Assembly: GCA_964544595.1 (NCBI GenBank)
Contig: CAZJBM010000005.1
Span: 1,324 to 65,323, forward strand
Source of the DNA: an uncultured Barnesiella sp.
Lineage (GTDB): Bacteria; Bacteroidota; Bacteroidia; Bacteroidales; Muribaculaceae
DNA: 64,000 nucleotides
Direction: 5' to 3'
Numbering within the stretch: position 1 is the stretch's first letter; each line of letters opens with the position of its first letter. The notes below the pieces were generated by a model. That model saw only the letters and a list, made by a program, of their open reading frames with translations. It was not told the DNA's origin and ran no database searches. Shown here piece after piece: positions 47,954-59,428 of this stretch. The translations under genes and the position numbers were made by a program.

Positions 47954-49618
47954 ATGCCAAAAAACACAAAAGAAGATGTTAAAGTAGACTTGCTTTTTGA
48001 AACAAGTTGGGAAGTTTGCAATAAAATAGGCGGTATTTACGCCGTGCTTTCCACTAAGGCAAAAACACTTCAGACATTATACAAAGACAAGGTTATCTTC
48101 ATCGGGCCCGACGTTTGGTCCAAAGAGACCCCTTCGCCTTATTTCATCGAATCGCCGCTGCTCATGAAAGCATGGCGCGAGAACACCGGTCTTCCCGAGG
48201 GGGTAACCGTCAGAGTGGGTCGCTGGGACGTGCCCGGAAGCCCTATCGCCATTCTCGTTAAGTTCGATGCCCTCTACGCTTCTAAAGATCAGTTTTACGG
48301 TGATATGTGGCGCCTCTACGGCGTGGATTCGCTCCATGCCTACGGCGACTACGACGAAGCTTGCGCCTTCTCGCGCGCCGCGGCCCTCGTCATCGAGAGC
48401 ATATGCCGCTTCAAGAATGCCGAGAGCAAACGCGTCATCGCCCACTTCGACGAGTGGACCACCGGTATGGGCCTCCTATACACCAAATGGAAGCTCCCCT
48501 ACGTTGCCACAATCTTCACCACCCATGCCACAAGCATTGGCCGAAGCATCTGCGGCAACAACAAGCCCCTCTACGACTATCTCCGGGGCTACAACGGCGA
48601 CCAAATGGCTGCCGAGCTCAATATGCAGTCAAAGCACTCCCTTGAGAAAGCAGCCGCTCATGCGGCCGACTGCTTCACCACCGTCAGCGACGTGACTGCC
48701 CGCGAGTGTGAGCAACTGCTCGAAATCAAGCCTTATGTCACACCCAACGGCTTTGAAATGAACTTCGTGCCTGAAAAGCCTGAGTATGACAAGGCCCGGG
48801 CTAAGGCGAGAAAACGCATTCTCGACGCCGCGGAGGCATTGACCGGCAAACGCTGGGGCGACGACACCTTCATCGTGGCCACCTCAGGCCGCTGCGAATA
48901 CCGCAACAAGGGCATCGACGTTTATCTCGACGCTCTCGCCACGCTGCGTGAACGCACTCAGAGCCACACTCTTGCGCTCGTTCTCGTGCCCGCTTGGGTC
49001 GACTCCCCGCGCGAAGACCTCCGAGCCGCCCTCGACAAGCGACAGGCCGGTCCGCTTCACGACCCGGTCATGACCCACACTCTCCACAACACCGACCAAG
49101 ACCCGATTTACAACCGCATACGTCAGCTCGGTTTCTCCAACCAGGAGTACGACGGCATGACGGTTATATATGTGCCCTGCTACCTCAACGGCAACGACGG
49201 CATTTTCAACATGGCTTACTACGACCTCCTGATCGGTCTCGACGCCACCGTGTTCCCGTCCTACTACGAGCCGTGGGGCTACACTCCGCTTGAAAGCGTT
49301 GCATTTGGCGTGCCTACCGTGACCACCTCACTTTCGGGATTCGGCCAATGGGTGCGCGCGTCGCTCACCGCCGGATTCGACGCTTCGGGCGTTAACGTGA
49401 TTAACCGCACTGATTCCAACTACCACGAAGTGGCTCATGCTATTGCCGATTCGCTTCAGCAACTCTTGTTAGCATCCCCAGCCAAACGCGCCGAAATCTC
49501 TCTCGCCGCTTGCGAAACCGCCGCTAAAGCAGCCTGGAGCTACTTCATCAAGCACTATATCGTCACTTTCAAGGTAGCGCTCGAAAAAGCGCACAATCGC
49601 CTTGAGGCTCATATATAA
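47954..49618 (+). CDS. Glycogen synthase, GT3-like
   Basis: LFETSWEVCNKIGGIY, FTTHAT..GR, E.RNKG.D, FPSYYEPWGYTPLES. Confidence 0.9.
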   Translation: MPKNTKEDVKVDLLFETSWEVCNKIGGIYAVLSTKAKTLQTLYKDKVIFIGPDVWSKETPSPYFIESPLLMKAWRENTGLPEGVTVRVGRWDVPGSPIAILVKFDALYASKDQFYGDMWRLYGVDSLHAYGDYDEACAFSRAAALVIESICRFKNAESKRVIAHFDEWTTGMGLLYTKWKLPYVATIFTTHATSIGRSICGNNKPLYDYLRGYNGDQMAAELNMQSKHSLEKAAAHAADCFTTVSDVTARECEQLLEIKPYVTPNGFEMNFVPEKPEYDKARAKARKRILDAAEALTGKRWGDDTFIVATSGRCEYRNKGIDVYLDALATLRERTQSHTLALVLVPAWVDSPREDLRAALDKRQAGPLHDPVMTHTLHNTDQDPIYNRIRQLGFSNQEYDGMTVIYVPCYLNGNDGIFNMAYYDLLIGLDATVFPSYYEPWGYTPLESVAFGVPTVTTSLSGFGQWVRASLTAGFDASGVNVINRTDSNYHEVAHAIADSLQQLLLASPAKRAEISLAACETAAKAAWSYFIKHYIVTFKVALEKAHNRLEAHI

Positions 49619-49670
49619 TCTCTCAACCCCTTAATAATCAAGTCAACAATACTTAATCAATCAATTTTAT

Positions 49671-52226
49671 ATGAAACTCCAAGTAAGCAACTCTAACGCT
49701 CCCGCATGGCGCAACGTTACCGTGAAGGCCGAGCTGCCTTCTAAGCTGAAACATCTCGAAAAACTCTCCAAAAACCTTTGGTGGGTTTGGAACAGCGAAG
49801 CTAAATCGCTCTTCCGCGACCTCAATCCCGACCTTTGGCGCTCTACCGGCGAAAACCCCGTAATGGTGCTCCAACTCCTTTCTTCTGAAAGAATTAAGGA
49901 AATTCTTGCCGACGAAGCCCTTCTCGCTCGTCTTGAAAAAGTCTACGCCGACTTCAAGGAATATATGGCTAAACCCATGCGTAAGGACATACCCTCTGTC
50001 TCTTACTTCTCTATGGAATACGGCCTCTGCAACTGCCTCAAAATCTATTCAGGCGGTCTCGGTGTCCTCGCTGGCGACTATATCAAAGAAGCTTCCGACT
50101 CTTGCGTCGATATGACCGCTGTCGGCTTCCTCTATCGCTACGGCTACTTCACTCAGACCCTCTCGGTCGACGGTCAGCAGATCGCCAACTACGAGCCCCA
50201 GAACTTCGACCAGCTCCCCATTGAGCAAGTTGTTGACAAAAACGGCGCTCCCGTTATCCTCGAAGTTCCCTTCCCCGGACGCACCATCTATTCTCACATC
50301 TGGAAAGTCGCTGTCGGCCGCATGAACCTCTACCTCATGGATACCGACTTCGACATGAACAGCGAGTTTGACCGCCAGATCACCCACCAGCTCTATGGCG
50401 GCGATTGGGAAAACCGTATCAAGCAGGAATACATGCTCGGTATCGGCGGTGTTCTAATGCTCCAGAAACTCGGCATCAACCACCAGCTCTATCACTGCAA
50501 CGAAGGCCACGCCGCGCTTCTCAACCTCCAGCGCCTTGTCGACTACGTTCACTCGGGCCTCGACTTCAACGTTGCCCTCGAAATGGTACGCGCCACTTCG
50601 CTCTACACTGTCCACACTCCCGTACCTGCGGGTCACGACTACTTCGACGAAGGTCTTTTCGGCAAATACATGGGCGAATTCCCCGCTAAACTCGGCATCT
50701 CTTGGAACGACCTCATGAACATGGGCCGTGAGAACCCCAACACCAATGAACGCTTCTCTATGAGCGTATTCGCCCTCAACACCTGCCAGGAAGCCAACGG
50801 TGTGAGCTGGCTCCACGGCGAAGTTTCTAAGAAAATGTTCGCTGGCATCTGGAAAGGTTACAACTGGGCTGAGAGCCACGTTGGCTACGTAACCAACGGC
50901 GTGCACATGCCTACCTGGGCAGCTTCAGAATGGAAAGAATTCTACGCTAAGCATCTTGGCGAGCAAGTGTTTGCCAACCAGAGCGACCCCGAGGCTTGGA
51001 AAGAAATCTTCAACGTGCCCGACGAGCTCATCTGGAATCAGCGCATGGTGCTCAAGAACAAATTCATCAACTTCGTTAAGCGCGATTTCAAGGCTAAATG
51101 GCTCGCAAACCAGGGCGATCCCGCCGCAGTGATGAAAATCCTCGACAAGATCAACCCCAATGCCCTCATCATTGGCTTCGCTCGCCGATTCGCCACTTAC
51201 AAGCGCGCCCACCTGCTCTTTACCGATCTCGACCGTCTCGCTAAGATCGTCAACAACGAGCAGTTCCCCGTGCAGTTCGTGTTCTCAGGCAAGGCTCACC
51301 CCGCCGACGGTGCAGGTCAGGGTCTGATCAAGCGCATCATGGAAATCTCGCGTATGCCTCAGTTCCTCGGCAAGATTATCTTCCTCGAAGACTACAACAT
51401 GGTTGTGGCTAAACGTCTCGTCACTGGTGTCGACATCTGGCTCAACACCCCGACCCGTCCTCTCGAAGCTTCAGGTACTTCAGGCGAAAAGGCTGAGATG
51501 AACGGTGTGCTCAACTTCTCAGTGCTCGACGGTTGGTGGTACGAAGGTTATCGCTTCGACGAGAAAGCCGGTTGGGCTCTTACCGACAAACGCACATTCC
51601 AGGATCAGTCTCAGCAGGATAAACTCGACGCCGCTACCATTTACTCGATGCTCGAAAACGAGATTATCCCCCTCTACTTCGCTAAAAACTCCAAGGGCTA
51701 CTCTCCCGAATGGGTTCAGTATATCAAGGGCTCTATCGGCCACATCGCTCCTCACTTCACTATGAAGCGCATGATCGACGATTATATCAGCCGCTTCTAT
51801 GAGAAGGAAAGCTCACGCGCCAAGAAGCTCGCCGCTCACGACTATGCCCTCGCTAAGGAGATCGTGGCATGGAAAGAGAAAGTGGCTCAGGCTTGGGATG
51901 GCATCAAGGTATTCGACGTGCAGACTCCCAACGACCTCGTAGGCAGCGTGACCGGCCGCAAATTTGATGCGAAAGCCATTATCGACACCAACGGTCTTGG
52001 CCGTGACCTCGGTCTTGAGCTCGTTGTTTACAAAGTTGAGAACGGCGAAGAGAAGTTCTGGAAAACAACCGAATTCAAGGTTGAGAAAGAGGAAGGCAAC
52101 GTGCTTACCTACGCCCTCTCGACCGTGATCAGCGATCCCGGCGTGTTCCGTATCGGCTATCGTCTCTTCCCCAAGAACCCCAAACTTCCTCATCGCATGG
52201 ACTTCGCTTACACCCGCTGGATCTAA
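49671..52226 (+). CDS. glgP: Alpha-glucan phosphorylase
   Basis: [51 protein letters not shown]. Confidence 0.96.
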   Translation: MKLQVSNSNAPAWRNVTVKAELPSKLKHLEKLSKNLWWVWNSEAKSLFRDLNPDLWRSTGENPVMVLQLLSSERIKEILADEALLARLEKVYADFKEYMAKPMRKDIPSVSYFSMEYGLCNCLKIYSGGLGVLAGDYIKEASDSCVDMTAVGFLYRYGYFTQTLSVDGQQIANYEPQNFDQLPIEQVVDKNGAPVILEVPFPGRTIYSHIWKVAVGRMNLYLMDTDFDMNSEFDRQITHQLYGGDWENRIKQEYMLGIGGVLMLQKLGINHQLYHCNEGHAALLNLQRLVDYVHSGLDFNVALEMVRATSLYTVHTPVPAGHDYFDEGLFGKYMGEFPAKLGISWNDLMNMGRENPNTNERFSMSVFALNTCQEANGVSWLHGEVSKKMFAGIWKGYNWAESHVGYVTNGVHMPTWAASEWKEFYAKHLGEQVFANQSDPEAWKEIFNVPDELIWNQRMVLKNKFINFVKRDFKAKWLANQGDPAAVMKILDKINPNALIIGFARRFATYKRAHLLFTDLDRLAKIVNNEQFPVQFVFSGKAHPADGAGQGLIKRIMEISRMPQFLGKIIFLEDYNMVVAKRLVTGVDIWLNTPTRPLEASGTSGEKAEMNGVLNFSVLDGWWYEGYRFDEKAGWALTDKRTFQDQSQQDKLDAATIYSMLENEIIPLYFAKNSKGYSPEWVQYIKGSIGHIAPHFTMKRMIDDYISRFYEKESSRAKKLAAHDYALAKEIVAWKEKVAQAWDGIKVFDVQTPNDLVGSVTGRKFDAKAIIDTNGLGRDLGLELVVYKVENGEEKFWKTTEFKVEKEEGNVLTYALSTVISDPGVFRIGYRLFPKNPKLPHRMDFAYTRWI

Positions 52227-52258
52227 TCATCGGCAAAGTAAGTTTACCATAACAATTA

Positions 52259-52289
52259 AATCGGCTTCACTCTCTAAGTGGAGCCGATT
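52259..52289. terminator. Terminator after glgP
   Basis: aatcggcttcact / agtggagccgatt followed by ttt. Confidence 0.75.
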
Positions 52290-52386
52290 TTTATATTGAG
52301 TATCAATCAGTTAACTGCCGAGAAACACCAATAAAGCGCCAAACAACCTATCGATCAGCTATTTACATCATTTTGTGCTGTATCTT

Positions 52387-53334
52387 TCACTTCCTCTCCT
52401 TTGATTTGTGCTTATATAGTTGATAGGAGTTGACCACATTGTGCCAAATACTGTAAAAGCCTCCCGCGACTGCAGTCACAGGAGAGAAGAAAGTGTAGCC
52501 GATCCATATCGCAAACACAGTGTTCTTCTGTCCTAACGCTTGCCCCGCGGTAATCTTATCGCGGTACTTTGCTCCGATTTTCCTCCCGAGCCAAAACTGC
52601 AGAACGCAACAGCCTAATGAAACGGCCACAAGACCTATCTGAGCCGAGATCGCTACTGTGGAGTGCACTATACTCCTTACAGTGACGGCTATTGCAAGCG
52701 TCAATGCCACCGTCCAAAGATAAAACGCGAGATCAGGCACTGCAATCATCTTCTTATGTAACTTTGGCGACAGCTTCTTAACCAGAACGGCAAGCACGAG
52801 CGGCAGCAATAGCAGAGGAAACACCTTGCCGAGTATCATTATCATAGAGTTGAGCACATGCGTGTCGGGCCGTGGATGCACAAAAGGCACCATCACCGGG
52901 ATAAGCACCGATGCCACTAAGTTTATCAGTATCGTGTACGTGGTGATATGCGCCATGCTTCCGCCAAGTTTGCGGGTAACGACAGCCGCAGCCGTGGCGG
53001 TAGGGCAGATGAGGCATATCATCGCTCCCTCCAATACTACCCTTAGACCGCTCCCCGGCAATGCCATCAACACGCAACCTATGCCGATGAAACACCCCGA
53101 CTGAATCAGCAGTAGCCACCCGTGCCACTTACATGGTCTTATCTCGCGCAAATCAATATGGCAGAACGTCAGAAACAACATCGCGAATATAAGCGCCGGC
53201 TGAAGTATGCCTACCAATCCCATCATTGCCTCATGGGTTGAATTAAGCCAGGGGATATTCACATACACAAAATAGCCAGCAATGCCCGCGAGTATGGCGA
53301 AAATAAGCATCCAGTCTCTTATAAATCTGATCAT
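52387..53334 (-). CDS. Bile acid:sodium symporter family transporter
   Basis: About 10 TM; ICPTATAAAVVTRKLGG, GQKNT motifs. Confidence 0.8.
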   Translation of the reverse strand: MIRFIRDWMLIFAILAGIAGYFVYVNIPWLNSTHEAMMGLVGILQPALIFAMLFLTFCHIDLREIRPCKWHGWLLLIQSGCFIGIGCVLMALPGSGLRVVLEGAMICLICPTATAAAVVTRKLGGSMAHITTYTILINLVASVLIPVMVPFVHPRPDTHVLNSMIMILGKVFPLLLLPLVLAVLVKKLSPKLHKKMIAVPDLAFYLWTVALTLAIAVTVRSIVHSTVAISAQIGLVAVSLGCCVLQFWLGRKIGAKYRDKITAGQALGQKNTVFAIWIGYTFFSPVTAVAGGFYSIWHNVVNSYQLYKHKSKERK

Positions 53335-53397
53335 CGTTACCTATTCTTGAAAATTTGCGCGAAATTACCTAATTTTGTGCAAACATTTCGTAGAATC

Positions 53398-54600
53398 ATG
53401 AAAAAACATCTTATATCACTCATTGCCCTCATCTCCTTTTTAACCACATTCGCGCAGGATTATTCAGGCCGTTATGCGCCTCATGGACTCGAACGCCAGA
53501 TGCCGGTGTTTCTCGACAGCATGAAGACCCGGCTCACTTATCCTATGGCATGGCGAAATGCCGCTATCGACGATTTCAGCCAGTGGCGCGACTCGGCCCG
53601 CTCAGTGCTTCGCACCGCCCTTATGACCGTTCCGCCCAAAGCGCCCGACTTCGCTGCCGAGACCATTTTTGAAGAGCAGCGCGACGGCTATAAAGCCCGT
53701 ATCGTGCAGCTCAACCTCTCGGCATGGACGCGTGTCAACGTCTATGTGCTTGTGCCTGACTCTGAGGGGCCTAAACCCGCAGTCCTTATGTTTCACGACC
53801 ATGGTGGCCATTTCCTTATCGGTAAGGAGAAAATGATTCGCCCTATCGCGCGCGGTGCGGTCACCGATAAGAGCAAAGGCAATATTCTGCCGGGGCTATC
53901 CGACACTCTTGTCATCAACGATGCCGACCGATGGGCCCGCCAATGCTACGGTGGCCAATATTTTGGCGACTACTTGGCAAAAAACGGCTATGTTGTCGTC
54001 TGCGGCGACGGCATATTCTGGGGAGAACGAGGCTGCAAAGAGGGTGTGCGCAAAGCCAAACTCAATGAGTTTGCCGGAAACCTTATGGGCATGGGCTACT
54101 GTCTGAGCGGCATCACTACGGCTGAGGACAGCTACCTTGCCGACTGGATTGCTTCGCTTCCCGAGGTAGATCCAAAGAGAATAGGATGCACAGGCTTCTC
54201 CATGGGCGCTTACCGTGCCTGGATGGTATCGGCCCTTACCGATGCAATCGGCCCTACGGCTGCGGTTTGCTGGATGACTACCACCGACAATCAGTTCTCT
54301 TGGGAATATGGCCGCGAAAACGGCGGATATGCCAACACCCTCCCTTCGTTGCGCCATTTTCTCGACCACCCCGATGTCGCCTCTATCGCTTGCCCCAAGC
54401 CGCTGTTTTTCATAAACGGCGAGACCGACAAGCTATTCAAGATACCCGGCGTGGAGTCGGCTTACGCCACAATTAAATCGGTATATGAAAGCCAGGGTAA
54501 AGCCGACAACTTTCAGTCGGCCATTCTACCGATGCCCCATTGGTGCGGCCCTGAAGTGCAGGAGCGCGTGCTCGCTTTCTTCGACAGCTATCTCAAATAG
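53398..54600 (+). CDS. Secreted alpha/beta hydrolase (dienelactone-hydrolase-like esterase; start at ATG 53398)
   Basis: Signal peptide ending FAQ; PAVLMFHDHGG, GFSMG nucleophile elbow, D.PD..S.ACP.P. Confidence 0.8.
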   Translation: MKKHLISLIALISFLTTFAQDYSGRYAPHGLERQMPVFLDSMKTRLTYPMAWRNAAIDDFSQWRDSARSVLRTALMTVPPKAPDFAAETIFEEQRDGYKARIVQLNLSAWTRVNVYVLVPDSEGPKPAVLMFHDHGGHFLIGKEKMIRPIARGAVTDKSKGNILPGLSDTLVINDADRWARQCYGGQYFGDYLAKNGYVVVCGDGIFWGERGCKEGVRKAKLNEFAGNLMGMGYCLSGITTAEDSYLADWIASLPEVDPKRIGCTGFSMGAYRAWMVSALTDAIGPTAAVCWMTTTDNQFSWEYGRENGGYANTLPSLRHFLDHPDVASIACPKPLFFINGETDKLFKIPGVESAYATIKSVYESQGKADNFQSAILPMPHWCGPEVQERVLAFFDSYLK

Positions 54601-54696
54601 GCTATCTTTTGCAGTTGAGCAACTTTTCATCTGACCGACGTACTAAGATGCGGTTTTTTACGTTATTTATTTTAACACCCGCATCACTCTAACGGA

Positions 54697-55716
54697 ATGA
54701 AGCCATATCAAATACTTACACTCTGCATAATCTTCTTTTCTGCCCTTTGGACAAAAGCGCAGGATGGCTCCTCTGCCTACAATTTTCTCAACATCTCCAA
54801 TTCTGCCCGCATCTATGGTCTTGGTGGAATCAATATCACCTCTATCGAGGACGACATTATGACTATCGACCAAAATCCCTCTTTGCTCGGATCGGAGATG
54901 GACAATCAGCTGGGCTTCAGCTATATGCGTTATCTTGGCGACTCTAATTTCGCAGGTGTCAGATACGGAAAGGCGATTGGCGATCACGGCGCGCTCGCTT
55001 TAGGGCTGCAATATTTCGGCTACGGCAGCATTAAGGGTGCCGACGAGAATGGAGTGCTGACAGGAGATTTCTCCCCCAAAGACATTTCTTTCAGCGCCGC
55101 TTATTCCTACGACCTTAACGAAAACGTGCGACTCGGCGCCAACCTCAAATTCCTTTCAAGCAGCTACGAGCAGTATTCTGCGTTCGCCATTGCTACCGAC
55201 CTCGGCGTCAACTATTTCAACCCCGATAAAGACTTGTCGCTCTCTGCCGTTGTTGCCAATCTCGGCGGCCAGATAAAGAAATTCAACGAGTCTTACGACC
55301 GTCTCCCGATCGATGTGCGACTCGGTATCACCAAAGGTCTCGGCTCTTCTCCTATACGCCTCTCCCTTACGGCATGGAATCTGACCAAATGGAGCTTGCC
55401 ATATTACGATGCGGGCGACGGCACTCAGTCCTCAGAGCCCGAAATCAAAGAGTCGTTCATGTCCAATCTCTTTCGCCACCTTATTTTCGCTGCCGACTGG
55501 GCCCCCAACGAGAAGTTTTACGCGACCATAGCCTATAACTACAAGACGCGTACCGATATGTCTACCTATCAGCGAAGCTTCCTCTCAGGCTTCTCTATCG
55601 GCGCCGGCCTCAACGCCAACAAATTCGGCCTTAGCCTTGCTTTCGCTCAACCTCATTCCGGAGCTACTACCTTCATGGTCAACATCCGCCTGAACATCAA
55701 CGACTTCATCAACTGA
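54697..55716 (+). CDS. porQ: Type IX secretion system protein PorQ (PorV-like barrel)
   Basis: AYNFL..S.SAR..GLGG.NIT..EDD....QNP.LL; beta-barrel alternation; upstream of cmk-ispH. Confidence 0.75.
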   Translation: MKPYQILTLCIIFFSALWTKAQDGSSAYNFLNISNSARIYGLGGINITSIEDDIMTIDQNPSLLGSEMDNQLGFSYMRYLGDSNFAGVRYGKAIGDHGALALGLQYFGYGSIKGADENGVLTGDFSPKDISFSAAYSYDLNENVRLGANLKFLSSSYEQYSAFAIATDLGVNYFNPDKDLSLSAVVANLGGQIKKFNESYDRLPIDVRLGITKGLGSSPIRLSLTAWNLTKWSLPYYDAGDGTQSSEPEIKESFMSNLFRHLIFAADWAPNEKFYATIAYNYKTRTDMSTYQRSFLSGFSIGAGLNANKFGLSLAFAQPHSGATTFMVNIRLNINDFIN

Positions 55717-55753
55717 GATATTGCTTTAAGGTAAGTTATATTCACTGTTCGAG

Positions 55754-56932
55754 ATGAATGATAAGAATAGACTCGGTAAGCACCCGCTTATAGCCAATCG
55801 CACAGCATTTTTGATAATAGGCTGCCTTGAGGCCGCATGGGCGCCTCTTGTGCCCTACGTTAAGAGCGCATTCTCTCTCGATGAGGAAACGCTCGGTTTG
55901 CTTATGCTCTGCTCGGGGCTTGGATCAATCATGTCTCTCCCGGTTTCAGGTTGGCTTTGCATGAGATTCGGGGCCAAGAGGGTAGTGTATTTTTCGGGAT
56001 TCATGATGGCGTTATCGCTTTTGGCCATTAGCCTTATGGTCAATGTATGGCTTACGGCTGTCATGCTTATGATATTTGGAGGTTGCACGATTTCGGTTGA
56101 TGTTGCCGCCAACGTCAATGGTGTGGCTATTGAGCATCAAACCGGGAAGCACCTGATGTCGGGGTTTCACGGAGGATATTCCCTCGGAACGCTTATCGGC
56201 GCCGGAGCTATGAGCGTGTTATTCTCGTTGGATATCGTTCCGGCATGGGCCGTCGTTATCTGCATCGCGCTTATTCTCATAACTATGATTTGGGGTTGTC
56301 GCGACCTCCTATCCAAGAAAGGGCTGAAAAATGCCAATCCCCCTTCAGCCTCCGCGCCGCGGGCAAAACAAAAATTCCGCGTTCCGCCTATGGTCATAGT
56401 CATAGGTTTGTTATGCTTCATCATGTATGCGTCGGAGGGTGCGGTCATGGGCTGGTCGGCGATATTTGTCAGCGAGGAAAGGGGTGTAGATATTTCAGCG
56501 GCCGGATTTTTCTATACCGCTTTCGCGGTTATGATGACAGCAATGCGCTTTATGGGCGATAAGATTGTCAGCCGATTCGGTCAGCGTCGAGTCGTGGTCT
56601 ACGGAGCTTTGTCGGTTGCTGCGGGCTTCGCTTTGGTGATTATTGTGCCTAATATCATATCTACCGCTATCGGTTTCGCCCTGATTGGCCTCGGTGCCAC
56701 CAATATCGTGCCGCAATTCATTTCCTTTGCGTCGGGCATTGAGGGAATGGCCGTTCAGAATATCATCAGCGTTATTAACGCCCTCGGCTACTCAGGCATA
56801 TTGCTCGGCCCTGTATTGATTGGCTTTGTGGCAAAACATTACGGCCTTCACGCTTCCTTTGCCGGAATCGCGGTCTTCACTTTGGTTGTGGCCGTAATCT
56901 CAGCCGCTGTTTTAAAAAAACGTGAGCGATAA
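55754..56932 (+). CDS. MFS transporter
   Basis: 12 TM pattern; DVAANV, MSGFHG.YS.G, EGA..GWS, R..GD.I..RFG. Confidence 0.88.
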   Translation: MNDKNRLGKHPLIANRTAFLIIGCLEAAWAPLVPYVKSAFSLDEETLGLLMLCSGLGSIMSLPVSGWLCMRFGAKRVVYFSGFMMALSLLAISLMVNVWLTAVMLMIFGGCTISVDVAANVNGVAIEHQTGKHLMSGFHGGYSLGTLIGAGAMSVLFSLDIVPAWAVVICIALILITMIWGCRDLLSKKGLKNANPPSASAPRAKQKFRVPPMVIVIGLLCFIMYASEGAVMGWSAIFVSEERGVDISAAGFFYTAFAVMMTAMRFMGDKIVSRFGQRRVVVYGALSVAAGFALVIIVPNIISTAIGFALIGLGATNIVPQFISFASGIEGMAVQNIISVINALGYSGILLGPVLIGFVAKHYGLHASFAGIAVFTLVVAVISAAVLKKRER

Positions 56933-57022
56933 ATCCCACTTGTTTGCAAATCTACAAATGGCGGGCATTCATAATCCCGATTTTTTTGTAATTTCGCGAT
57001 AGATTAAAAACCACGTGACATA

Positions 57023-57718
57023 ATGGGAAAAAAAATAATCGTAGCCATCGACGGCTTCTCTTCTTCAGGCAAAAGCACAATGGCCAAGCAATTGGCTCGC
57101 GAGATAGGTTATCGTTACATCGACTCCGGAGCCATGTACCGCGCCGTTACGCTATATGCGCTCGACCATGGAATGATTTCGCCCGACAATGTTGTCGACA
57201 CTTGTCGGCTCATCGAGTCGCTCCCCGACATTCATATCGACTTCAAGGCTCTCCCCTCAGGGCAGAGGACCCTACTCAATGGCCGCGACGTTGAGGATGA
57301 GATTCGCACCCTCCGCGTGTCCAATTCCGTATCGCCGGTAGCTGTTATCCCTCAGGTAAGAGAGGCGCTTGTGGCCATGCAGCAGCGATTCGGGCAGGAG
57401 AGAGGTATCGTCATGGACGGCCGCGACATAGGCACAACCGTATTCCCCGATGCCGAGCTCAAGATTTACCTCAACGCCTCCCCCGAAACTCGCGCCATGC
57501 GCCGCTGGAAAGAATTGCAGGAAAAGGGCGACGCCACCACTACCTACAAGCAGGTGCTCGACAACGTGATCACGCGCGATCATATCGACTCCACCCGCGA
57601 GGTGAGCCCTTTGCGCAGAGCTGATGACGCTATTGATCTCGACAACTCCGCAATGACTATAGCTGAGCAAAATCAATGGCTTATCCAACGCTTCAACGAA
57701 GCCGTCAACCAAGCCTGA
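57023..57718 (+). CDS. cmk: Cytidylate kinase
   Basis: AIDGFSSSGKST, DSGAMYRAV, VMDGRDIGT.VFPDA. Confidence 0.97.
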   Translation: MGKKIIVAIDGFSSSGKSTMAKQLAREIGYRYIDSGAMYRAVTLYALDHGMISPDNVVDTCRLIESLPDIHIDFKALPSGQRTLLNGRDVEDEIRTLRVSNSVSPVAVIPQVREALVAMQQRFGQERGIVMDGRDIGTTVFPDAELKIYLNASPETRAMRRWKELQEKGDATTTYKQVLDNVITRDHIDSTREVSPLRRADDAIDLDNSAMTIAEQNQWLIQRFNEAVNQA

Positions 57719-57734
57719 TAAATCTGCTTTTCCT

Positions 57735-58595
57735 ATGGAGATAGAGATTGATCCCGGTTCAGGTTTCTGCCATGGGGTAGTGGCGGCAATCCGTAAGGCA
57801 GAGGAGGCTCTCGCTTCCTCCGCGCCTCTTTATTGCCTCGGAGATATTGTCCACAACAACGAGGAGGTCAGCCGACTGGAAAACAAAGGCATGGTCACCA
57901 TAAGCCACGACGACATGTCGCGCCTCAGCAACGCCAAGGTGCTTCTCCGTGCCCACGGCGAGCCCCCTTTGACCTATCAGACCGCTGAAAAAAACGGCAT
58001 TGAAATTATCGATGCCACCTGCCCGGTTGTCCTAAAGTTGCAGAAACGCATAAAAACGAGCTACGCTGAGAGCCCTGGAGCCCGTCAGATCGTTATATAC
58101 GGCAAAATGGGCCATGCAGAGGTTAATGGGCTGGTAGGGCAGACCGAAGGCACCGCTATTGTGATACAAGGCGTCGAAGACCTTGAAAAAATTGATTTTG
58201 ACCGCGACATCGACCTCTATTCCCAGACCACGATGTCGGTATCCGGATTCAAGGAAATAATCGCCGAGATAGAGAAACGAAAAAATCCCGCGACACTATT
58301 CCGTAGCAGCGACACTATATGCCGTCAGGTTGCCAACCGCGTCGACGCTCTTAGGGATTTCGCTGCCAAGCACGATGTTGTGCTTTTCGTCAGCGGCGCG
58401 AAAAGCAGCAACGGTAAATTCCTGTTCACCGTATGCCGCGAAGCCAACCCGCGCACATATATGCTCTCTACCCCCGAAATCGATCCGGCATGGATTGAAT
58501 CTGCATCAACCATAGGCATTTGCGGCGCCACTTCTACTCCCCGCTGGCTTATGGAGCAGGTTAAAAACAAAGTCTCTAAAATGACCCTTCATTAA
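57735..58595 (+). CDS. ispH: 4-hydroxy-3-methylbut-2-enyl diphosphate reductase
   Basis: GFCHGV, IVHN, RAHG, DATCPVV, GHAEV, SQTT, TICRQV, SSN, GATSTP. Confidence 0.97.
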   Translation: MEIEIDPGSGFCHGVVAAIRKAEEALASSAPLYCLGDIVHNNEEVSRLENKGMVTISHDDMSRLSNAKVLLRAHGEPPLTYQTAEKNGIEIIDATCPVVLKLQKRIKTSYAESPGARQIVIYGKMGHAEVNGLVGQTEGTAIVIQGVEDLEKIDFDRDIDLYSQTTMSVSGFKEIIAEIEKRKNPATLFRSSDTICRQVANRVDALRDFAAKHDVVLFVSGAKSSNGKFLFTVCREANPRTYMLSTPEIDPAWIESASTIGICGATSTPRWLMEQVKNKVSKMTLH

Positions 58596-58613
58596 ACCAT
58601 AAAAGACCATAAA

Positions 58614-58662
58614 AACGCGCAAGAGGCAAAGATTTCCCTTAGTTCTTTGCCTCTTGTGCGTT
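58614..58662. terminator. Bidirectional terminator between ispH and rprY
   Basis: 19-bp stem aacgcgcaagaggcaaaga / tctttgcctcttgtgcgtt. Confidence 0.8.
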
Positions 58663-58714
58663 CTGTATATACGACATCGAAGATTGGAATGACCCGATTT
58701 TCGATGATACTTAC

Positions 58715-59428
58715 TTAATTATTCTCCTCCTCGGGTATAATCAGTTTATAGCCTTTACCGTGTATATTGATAATCTCCACGCGGGGATCCTCGGCCAGCT
58801 TTTTGCGCAGCTTGGTGATATACACGTCCATTGAGCGGGCGTTGAAATAGTTATCATCGATCCAAATTGTCTTCAACGCATAGTTGCGTTCAAGAATTTC
58901 ATTTGAATGGGCGCAAAGCAAGCTGAGAAGCTCCGATTCTTTCGTTGTAAGTTTGTCGGAGAATCCGTTGATGGTGAGGGTCTGCTTTTGAGTGTCGAAA
59001 GTATAATTACCGATTTTGTACATCGTCACCTCTTTACCCTTCTTTCCCTTCACGCGGCGGAGTATCGCCTCGATACGGAGCAAGAGAAGGTCCATAGAGA
59101 AAGGCTTGGTAATATAGTCGTCGGCGCCGATTTTGAAGCCTTCCACAATATCTTCCTTAAGCGATTTGGCTGTCAGAAATATGATAGGCACCTCGCTGTT
59201 CACCGTTCTGATTTCTTGTGCTAGCGCGAATCCGTCCTTTTTAGGCATCATGACGTCGAGCACGCATAAATCGTATTTGCCTTTGAGAAAGGCTTTATAT
59301 CCGGCCTCGCCGTCAGTGCACAAGTCGGCATTGAAACCCTTAGCCTGCAAATATTCTCGAAGGAGCATGCCGAGGTTTTCGTCATCCTCACATAATAATA
59401 TACGCATACGTTCTTCCATAATTTTCAA
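58715..59428 (-). CDS. rprY: OmpR-family response regulator
   Basis: ILLCEDDENLG, LDVMMP, GADDYITKPF, ARSMDVYITKLRK, HGKGY. Confidence 0.9.
   Translation of the reverse strand: MKIMEERMRILLCEDDENLGMLLREYLQAKGFNADLCTDGEAGYKAFLKGKYDLCVLDVMMPKKDGFALAQEIRTVNSEVPIIFLTAKSLKEDIVEGFKIGADDYITKPFSMDLLLLRIEAILRRVKGKKGKEVTMYKIGNYTFDTQKQTLTINGFSDKLTTKESELLSLLCAHSNEILERNYALKTIWIDDNYFNARSMDVYITKLRKKLAEDPRVEIINIHGKGYKLIIPEEENN

Noticed and set aside
45275-52226. Pullulanase / glycogen synthase / phosphorylase cluster
   Set aside because: Ordinary alpha-glucan metabolism with no unusual domain seen
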